Shown here: piece by piece, positions 53,401 through 64,000 of the stretch
How positions within the stretch are numbered: position 1 is the stretch's first letter
Layout of the letters: each line of letters opens with the position of its first letter
NCBI RefSeq assembly: GCF_022539665.2
Contig: NC_081332.1
Location: forward strand, 2,604,001 to 2,668,000
Source: Daphnia carinata
Lineage: Eukaryota
Direction: 5' to 3'
Length of the DNA stretch: 64,000 bases
Program-made: the position numbers and the translations under genes
Notes under the pieces: generated by a model
Told to the model about the DNA's origin: nothing
The model's database searches: none
What the model saw: only the letters and a program-made list of their open reading frames with translations

Positions 53401-54956
53401 ACAGCACCGACTTGTGGTAAGCGCTCCACGAGATGCACGAGATCTTGGAGCCGGCCACCATTTCCATGACCGGGTAATGAAGGTCGACGGCGTCGCGGAC
53501 GACCACCGCGTAGTCGTAGACTTTGATTCGCTTCGTCACGCCGGCAATGGCGAAAAAGTCCGCGTCTCGATCGAATTCGATCGAACTGACGATGTGCGCC
53601 GTGTTGAGCAGTTCGCTTCCGTAGCTCAGATTCGCTAGAGGCCTCAGTTTGCTCCATCGTGTGAGTTGATTCAAATTAGATTGGAAATCAAGTAAACTTT
53701 CCCTTTCCTCGCCATCCCCACCGAAACTGTTATTCCGCAAAGCCCAATATTTCTCTTCCAAATCTTCAAAATGTTGGTGCATTCGCACTCGACGCTGAGC
53801 GATGCTTAATGGGGTAGGAGTGAGAGTGGAATTGAAAGCTGTTTCGTTAAATTGCATTTTCTCTTCATTATTTTCTTCCTTCTCTTTTGCCAACTCCTTG
53901 CCTGGATACAGGGTTTGCGCCGTTTGCAAGTCCTTGTCAAGTACTTCTAGCTCTTGCTGGACATTCCTCAACTCATTGTTTTTTTTTGCTTTGAGTTGTT
54001 CCAGGAATTCACCAAGTAGTTTCGCCTCAGTCAACTTTCGTTCAGCATCAACGTCGCATTGCTTACGCAGCAGAACTTCTTGCATACGAACGAGTTCTGA
54101 CGGGTGCCATTCCCGTTTGTCTAACAACGTAGTGAAATCTTTCAACACAAGGTTTCCATCTTGACTACCGGCGACTCTCTTCTTCTCTTTGGCTATTAAG
54201 GCATTCAGAGTTACGTTGGGGAAAACGGATGGATTGCGACCACTGTTGTCGAGCGGCCCACCACATTTAGGACACTTGCTGGCTAACTCCAGGCTTCTGA
54301 TGATGCATCCGTGACAAAAGCTGTGGCCGCACGTCGTCACGTACGGTTCCGACATCATATCCAAGCAGATAGGGCAGAGAAGATCACTGTCTCTGTCCTC
54401 GTAGGTGTCCTTCACTCCCCCATAGAGCAGCGACTGGGGACCCCTCTTTACCCCTCTGGCTGCCATCTCTCTTCCGTCTGTCACATTCACAGCTGATCTG
54501 ACCTGAAACACATCACAAACAAGTCAGCCACTCTGATTGTTGTCACCAGAAAAAAGAATTTCAGGTCAGATTAGCTCGATTGCACGACTAAAGATGACAT
54601 TCCAGATTATTCTTAAACACTGAATCTGCTTACCAGTTCAACGCATCGTTTAGGCGATTGGCCACTTGATCGTTGAAACTTTTGGCCGCCTCCGTCCAAA
54701 TGAAATCTTTCGTGGAACCAACGTCGTTTTCGGTGTTCGTTGAAGAATAGCCTCCCAATATGAGGCCTTTACCTTTCTAATGACAGGGCAAGTATACATG
54801 CATTATTAATTTAGAACATTCAGTGCTGAAACTTTACTAGTTATTCACCTTGAGATCTGTGGCCTGAGAGGAGAATGATGGGAAAGCGACCTTGGAAAAC
54901 CTATTACAAAACAGTAATCGACGGCAAAAGTTGATTTGCGTGCGGACTGTCGCCAT
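50468..54956 (-). CDS. LAP3: Cytosol/leucyl aminopeptidase (M17) with mitochondrial-type presequence
   Basis: [55 protein letters not shown]; exon 1 at 54849-54956, exon 2 at 54634-54776, then a 2.25-kb intron to exon 3 starting 52381. Confidence 0.95.
52646..54466 (-). CDS. COP1: E3 ubiquitin ligase COP1 (RING-coiled coil-WD40), intronless, nested in LAP3 intron 2
   Basis: [86 protein letters not shown]; uninterrupted 606 codons from ATG 54466. Confidence 0.97.
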   Translation of the reverse strand: MAARGVKRGPQSLLYGGVKDTYEDRDSDLLCPICLDMMSEPYVTTCGHSFCHGCIIRSLELASKCPKCGGPLDNSGRNPSVFPNVTLNALIAKEKKRVAGSQDGNLVLKDFTTLLDKREWHPSELVRMQEVLLRKQCDVDAERKLTEAKLLGEFLEQLKAKKNNELRNVQQELEVLDKDLQTAQTLYPGKELAKEKEENNEEKMQFNETAFNSTLTPTPLSIAQRRVRMHQHFEDLEEKYWALRNNSFGGDGEERESLLDFQSNLNQLTRWSKLRPLANLSYGSELLNTAHIVSSIEFDRDADFFAIAGVTKRIKVYDYAVVVRDAVDLHYPVMEMVAGSKISCISWSAYHKSVLCSSDYEGSVSVWDASVGTRLRVFQEHEKRCWSVDFNRMDSHLMASGSDDSRVKIWSLNAEHSVATLEAKANVCCVKFNPYSRYCLAYGAADHCVHYVDLRQPKEPLRVFKGHRKAVSYVKFLSDRELVSASTDSQLKLWSVDDNVSYRSFRGHTNEKNFVGLSTTDGSKDDRRDLIACGSENNALYLYSKGLSQPLLHYRFDVVKSALLVDKERAEQEESAEFVSAVCWKPDSNVIVAANSQGTIKILELV

Positions 54957-55521
54957 ATTGGAATTTGTTTAAAAGACTGAAACCAATTCTCCTGTCACGC
55001 ACAACCAATTTATTTTGGATTACTAGATAACTTCCGTGAATTTCTTTTTTCAGGATTGTATTTTAATGAAATAATTTTCAAAGTGTGGTTCTACACTTTG
55101 GTCAAGTTATGGTAAATGAAAATTGCGCTCGTTTTACCAAAGGCAACGTTGTCGGCAGTGAAGAGACATTTTACATGGCCGTCTGGTAAAATATTCTCCA
55201 ATATTGTTATGATAGCGTAATTACGTTAAGAACAGTTTGTTTCTACGAAGGTAGCAGCCTTAAGCGTAATATGAACTAGTCCTTCGAACTTCCTTTAATT
55301 TTTTGAAACTAATTATTTTTCACTGGATTCCGCACTTCCAATAGAATTGGGTCCAGTTTTGTACTGTTATTAATTTTTTTATTTATTTTGCATTTCATTT
55401 TATGTTTATTTCGTCTTAGATAATTAGTGGTGACAGCATTTTCCCGCCTATTATAGATGTATTTTTTTTTTGCAGTGTTTAACCTTGGTCTCCAAAAAAT
55501 TCAATTGAATTGAATTGAAAG

Positions 55522-57013
55522 ATGGTCTTCTTCAGCAGCTGCCGAGTATCTTCACCGAAATTGTGTGGGAGTGTTATATTTGTTGCAAAGAAACAACAGC
55601 AATGTGTCATCACCATTGCAAACCGCTGTATAACCAGCAAAGCTATGAGAGAAGGATTGCCTCCTGTTAACAAACCTCCCCCATTTCCATATAAGGAGAA
55701 ACGATATAACTTTTTTCGTGCTTTGTTTGATCCTACCACTAGCCGATTAGATGAAAATTCCAAACTGATTGTTGTTGAAGGTCCACCTTCAGCTGGGAAA
55801 GGTGTTCTGGCAAAAGAATTGGCTGATGATTTGGGCATGGCCTATTTTCCATCACCCACAGTAGCTGAAACCTACATTAATGATTATGGATATGATTTAC
55901 GACAATTGGACGACCAATTACCAGAGTCTTGTAAAAGCTATGATGAGAATGATTTTCTCAAGGATCCACTGCGACTAAATGGCTCCAAAGCTGCTCGTTT
56001 CCAGTTGACGAAGTTCGGCCTTCGTTACAAACGCTATTTGGAAGCCCTTGCCCATATTTTGAATACAGGGCAAGGAGTTGTCATGGATCGTTCTCCGTAC
56101 AGTGATTTGGTTTACATCACTGCTATGGCTGAAGTAGGCATCGTCAGCAAAAATGGTAAAAAAATTTGTGCATTCCATTTTAACCGACGAATAACGAAAG
56201 ATAATTTACTCCGCGTTTTATACAGTGTACAACTATTATCATAGTGTCAGAAACAATGCACTATTCGCCCTTTGGCGCCCTCATTTGGTCATCTATCTAG
56301 ACGTACCTGTTACCGAAACTAAACGCAAAATTGAGGCGAGGAATAGACCGTACGAAAAGGATTCAAAAATGGCCACTCCGGAATACCTCCAGAGCTTGGT
56401 CGATTCCTACAAAAAAGACTTCTTGAAGGATATAAGGTATACCTGTCATTCAGTTTGTGGGTACTCCAACTTCCTATTTGGCCTTAAAAACATTTTTGTT
56501 GTTGAAACAGCACACATGCCGAAGTTTTAGTTTACGATTGGACGAAGCCAGCAGATACGGAAATCGTTGTTGAGGACATTGAACGTGTAAATTTCGACCA
56601 GTATGGTATATATGATGCAAAGATGAAGGACTGGAGGTGCTACGATAAGTGGGACTGGAACAATAATCGTCAAGTGTAAGTTTACATATTGATGATTCTC
56701 CCATTCGACCCATAACAACATGGATGTGTTTTGTTTTTTCAATATCAGTTTTACCCACTCTCAGAACTATCTTCTCGCTCACCTGAACGTACCACCAGTT
56801 AACTGTCCTGAGGTTGCCATTACTGGCACAGATAACAAAATCCGCGACGTTGTCATGGAAGAGGTAATGTGTTAATTAAAGATTGGTTTGCAAACTTGAT
56901 AAATAATTAAATCACTAACCTTTTTCAATCCCCTTTAGGCACCGGGCAACAAATACGCCAAGGGATTCAACGCCGAAATGGGAGACAAGGGGTTGTTGTT
57001 TAAATTGTCTTAA
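55522..57013 (+). CDS. NDUFA10: NADH dehydrogenase 1 alpha subcomplex subunit 10 (42 kDa, dNK-fold)
   Basis: Presequence, DPTTSRLDENSKLIVVEGPPSAGK, ALAHILNTGQGVVMDRSPYSD, PHLVIYLDVPV, APGNKYAKGFNAEMGD. Confidence 0.95.
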
Positions 57014-57192
57014 GTTGGAAAACCAAACTTCGTGACGGTGTGTAGGAATCACCTTGTGGATAAATAGTTGAAATATATAAACGATGGAGTTAAAATTTTT
57101 ATTTTATTTTTTCTTGTGCATATTCGACACGCTGCGATCAGAAGGGGGTTGAAAATAAAAGAGGTTTTGTTTCGGAGTTAAAATTTAAAATT

Positions 57193-58061
57193 TTATTCGT
57201 TTTTGTTGCTGTACCGTTGTTGATGTTGAAGGATTCCGGTTCGCACAACACGCCTTTGTTTGTTTTGCAACTGCAGACGAGGCGAGGCCAATACCGGTCG
57301 ATTGACATCACCAAAAGGAACTCGAGGTCGACCCAACAGGGAATTACCTCCATTCATCGGACTGTTGCTCTTCCCGAAACAATTTTCATCGACAGTGACA
57401 ACATTATTGGTGTTGACCGGGCGCTTGGGTTTACCCGAAGGCTTGACTGGACTTGACCTTGGTGTGCTAGACGACGTGATGACAAAAGAAGAAAAATCAT
57501 AAGTTTCTTCTGTATATGATGGGGTAGTATCAGTGTCAACAGGAGCAGCAACTGCATCATCAATTGTGGCAGAGGCAGTAGGAGGTTCTTCACTGATCAA
57601 TGAAGCGTCTTCTTCTATGTTGGAGAGAGAAAGACAGTCCAAGTCTGCAAAATTGAGGACCTGGATCAAGTCTTCTCTCTCCTTTTCATATACAGCTTTC
57701 ATATTGACATCCACACAAACAGGGATCACTGGGGTTCGGGTTATTCCAAATGACGGTGATCTTGGATCCTCTTGTCTCTCATCTTCACTTTCCACTTCAA
57801 ACTGAAAATTAAATTAAATTAAAAAGTCTCTCAGTTTTCTTAATTGTTTGATAAAGAAATAAATGGACTTACCACGATTGGTGTACGATCAATGTCAAAC
57901 GTTGGCGATCTAGGGTCAAATAGCTGATTCCCTGGCACCAATTTGGTACAACGTGTTGGTGTTTCATTGCTAACTTCGGTAGGTTTTTCTTGGCTGGTTT
58001 GACCGAATACGGGCCCCTCCAACGTTATATTTTCGGAAAAATAACTCGCAATGTTTCCCAT
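57193..58061 (-). CDS. CDCA3/TOME-1-like cell-cycle protein (two exons)
   Basis: MG start, two DPRSP-x4-RTP motifs (DPRSPTFDIDRTP, DPRSPSFGITRTP), D-box-like RVPFGDVN; intron 57802-57872. Confidence 0.65.
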
Positions 58062-58450
58062 TGCTTAATGCTAATTTGTGAGCAAACCAACCTTAGGTTT
58101 AACTTTTTATTATGGACAATAGCAAAGATTCTGTGTTACCTCAACTGTCATAGACATGGACCATTCGATCAGCCGTTTGGTTTGAAAGTGCTCGTTTCGA
58201 AAAAGACAATGTTGCCATTATTTTAAAATGTGCGTTAGCTGACAAGTTGCAATTCCGAATTCCTAGCCGTTGATAAGTAATTGTTTATTGTACGTTCTCG
58301 ATCATTCAAAATCTTTATTTTGTACGTAAAATTCCATGAAGAAATTTTTATTGAAATTAATGAAAGTAAAAAAAAAAAAAGTGGGGGGGTGACGCCACCT
58401 AGAGCGATCTTACGAAAGCTTCGAGATAAATAAACAGAATTGTGTCTGCG

Positions 58451-60358
58451 ATGTCGGACGATTCTGATATTGCTCCATCTGATTTTCCTTTGTCATCCTC
58501 CGAAGACGAGTTATTAGATAAAAATGAAATAGCTGACAGATGCCCACTCTGTCGAAATGCAAAGAAGTATTTTTTTTGTTCCGACTGTATCCGAAACGGA
58601 GACTTTTACCCATCTCATTGTGTGCAGAGGGACAGCTCACAAAGGTTAATATCGGTCGAACCACTAAAATAGTTCTCCTATTGTTGCAAATCTTTAAGTG
58701 TCTTCTATTAGGTTTATTGAAAAGAAAATGGCATTGCTCAAGGTCAAGGGTGAAATACGAGAGCTGCTTAGTCTTTCCCAAGGAATAATGGCGAAAAAAA
58801 GAAGGCTTGAATTTCTGGTAAAGATTACGCTTCATGCTTGAATTGTTCAAGTTTTCACTAAACAAACACTTTTTGTTTTGGTTTGAAGCACCAAGAAATA
58901 AGAAATACCAGGGAAAGAATCCAGCTGTTCAAAAAATGGAAAGAGGAAGTTCAGAATTCCTTAGATACAAGTAATTTCTCTATACAAATAGCACCCTCTT
59001 GATTTACTCTATTTTCTGGTTATGTTTCCTGTTGTTAAAAATTTTATTTCTAGAGCAACCAGTTTTGAATGAGCTTAGAGCCAAGAGAGTCAATTCCCAA
59101 GAAATGATCTCTTTGAATAGTGCTGCCCAGGAATTAATGCAAGATCCAGAATACAACACAGCAATCAGACAGCAACTAGAGATGGACAAACCACAGCTAA
59201 AAGAAATTATTCAAGAAAATGTCAAGCTGCTGTTGAAGACAATATTTCCCATAACGTGTGAAGGCCTGAATGTGAATGGGTAATTTGTTCTTTGTTTAAT
59301 TCAGATACAGATTTTTAGTACTAAATTCTCGCTGTTATCGAAGAGAGGACGACAGCGAAAGCATGACGACTGTTAAAAACGAGCTAGACGATGCCAGTCA
59401 TACAGCTTATATCCGCGGCCAGTGGATTTACGCAGACACGGGTCACAACGGTCGTTACAGAATAGCTGGGGCCGAACTGCCGGGCACAGGAGACGTGGAG
59501 GCTTACCAGTTTTGCGGTATGCATTAAAACAAAACTTCAGAGTCGTGTCTTTCGAGTGTTTTAATTCAAGCAACCCCCGCATCCTTTCTGAAGTTGAACA
59601 AACCAAAAAAGATGGCGACCCGCAGAGACTTTCCCACTTTAAAGTGGCCTTGTCACACGTCACTCAGGTTTGCAATCTGCTGGCCTTCTACTTCGGTATC
59701 CGTTTGCCCAAAAAAGTGGCTCACTCAGATTTCATCAGCAGCGATTTGGACATCAAACTTTTTGCCGGAAGGATCGCTCGTCTCCACGCCAATGTTCTTT
59801 ACCTGTGCACATCCCAAGGAGTGGCTCCCATCCACCTCCGGCACGCAAACCCTCTCGCGCGACTTTCCACACTCCTGGACTCCAACATCTGCGATCTAGG
59901 AAGGTGTGAAAGATATTTTGCTTGACCTTCATTTGATGTCGTCCTCCACGTCTTTTGGTTTGTTTACTTCCCTGTGTAGGTCTGGTCCATTCGAATTTCA
60001 TCCGGAACTGTGGCTGTTTGAGGAGGCTGGCGACGAAGAGGGCTGCCCTACTTCAGGCTCATCTTCTGACGGTGAGGACGATTGTGATATTCAGGCGGAT
60101 TGGGAATCGGTCAGTCTATACAACCCAATAACAACTTTTTATTTATTTTTTTTATTTTCAAGTTTTACTTTAATGCGATTTTATTTTGCGTTTTAGGTTG
60201 GTCAGCTTCCCGTAGTGGAATCGGTTGAAGACGGTACCAAGCCTAGTCCTATGACTTCTACACGGGTAAGAGGCGATGAAAATCCAGTGACGAACAGTGT
60301 CGTTGGCGTGGTCAGTGGTGTCGCCTCCTTCTGGAAAGCTTTACCTTGGCCAAAATAA
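58451..60358 (+). CDS. ATG14: Beclin 1-associated autophagy regulator ATG14/Barkor
   Basis: N-terminal CPLC..FFCSDCIRNGDF, coiled coil, ALSHVTQV..LLAFYFGIRLP, ARLHANVLYLCTSQGV, acidic stretch ending DWESV, C-terminal amphipathic VVSGVASFWKAL. Confidence 0.9.
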
Positions 60359-60742
60359 TTTTTCAACAATTCCAATTGCACTGCCCCACGATCGTTTTTC
60401 GCGGTCCCATTCCCCGTCCTGCAGAGTCTTACCAGACTTTCATTTTTATCCTAGCCAATGTTTTTCTACAAATATGATTCTTTGGGATGGTATTTTCGTT
60501 TCACGACAATTAAAAACTTTTCAAGTGCCACCTTTTTTTTTTTTTGGTTTATGAAGAACCTAAAAAAGTTATCGAACATCTTTGTTTTTATTTGAAAATT
60601 AAAAGAGGGAGAGCACTACAACACCTGGGGCCATCCCACGTTATTTGATTAGGCCTATATTTCTTTTGGTAACTTACCAGTGTGCTGCACTTCGATGACA
60701 CCCAATGGATTCATTGTCACTTACATTGCGGAAATGTCTTCA

Positions 60743-64000
<3,258 letters not shown>

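Noticed and set aside
52834..54496. Plus-strand and alternative-frame ORFs over COP1
   Set aside because: Explained by GC-rich codon usage on the coding strand.

Overview
Compact, intron-rich eukaryotic (arthropod) DNA with introns mostly 60-100 bp, most consistent with a Daphnia-like crustacean (inference). In order: the likely first exon of a gene running off the left edge (-); a chascon-like CaaX protein carrying 12 CxxxxH repeats (-); two back-to-back degenerate tRNA-like elements; an SH3-WW-PH-RhoGAP (ARHGAP12/27-like, -); SMG9 (+); a head-to-head pair of secreted haem peroxidases whose 5' ~1.26 kb form a ~99% identical palindrome; a PUS7/TruD paralogue lacking its catalytic Asp (-); two tandem Tret1-like sugar transporters (-); MED28 (+); M17 leucyl aminopeptidase (-) with an intronless COP1 E3 ligase nested on the same strand in its intron 2; NDUFA10 (+); CDCA3-like (-); ATG14 (+); and EFTUD2 (-, 5' truncated). 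The most striking items are the LAP3/COP1 nested shared-promoter unit, the peroxidase palindrome, the PUS7 pseudo-enzyme, the Cys/His repeat cassette and a 35-bp non-coding element repeated 10.5 kb apart. Exon boundaries were read by eye; no searches were run.
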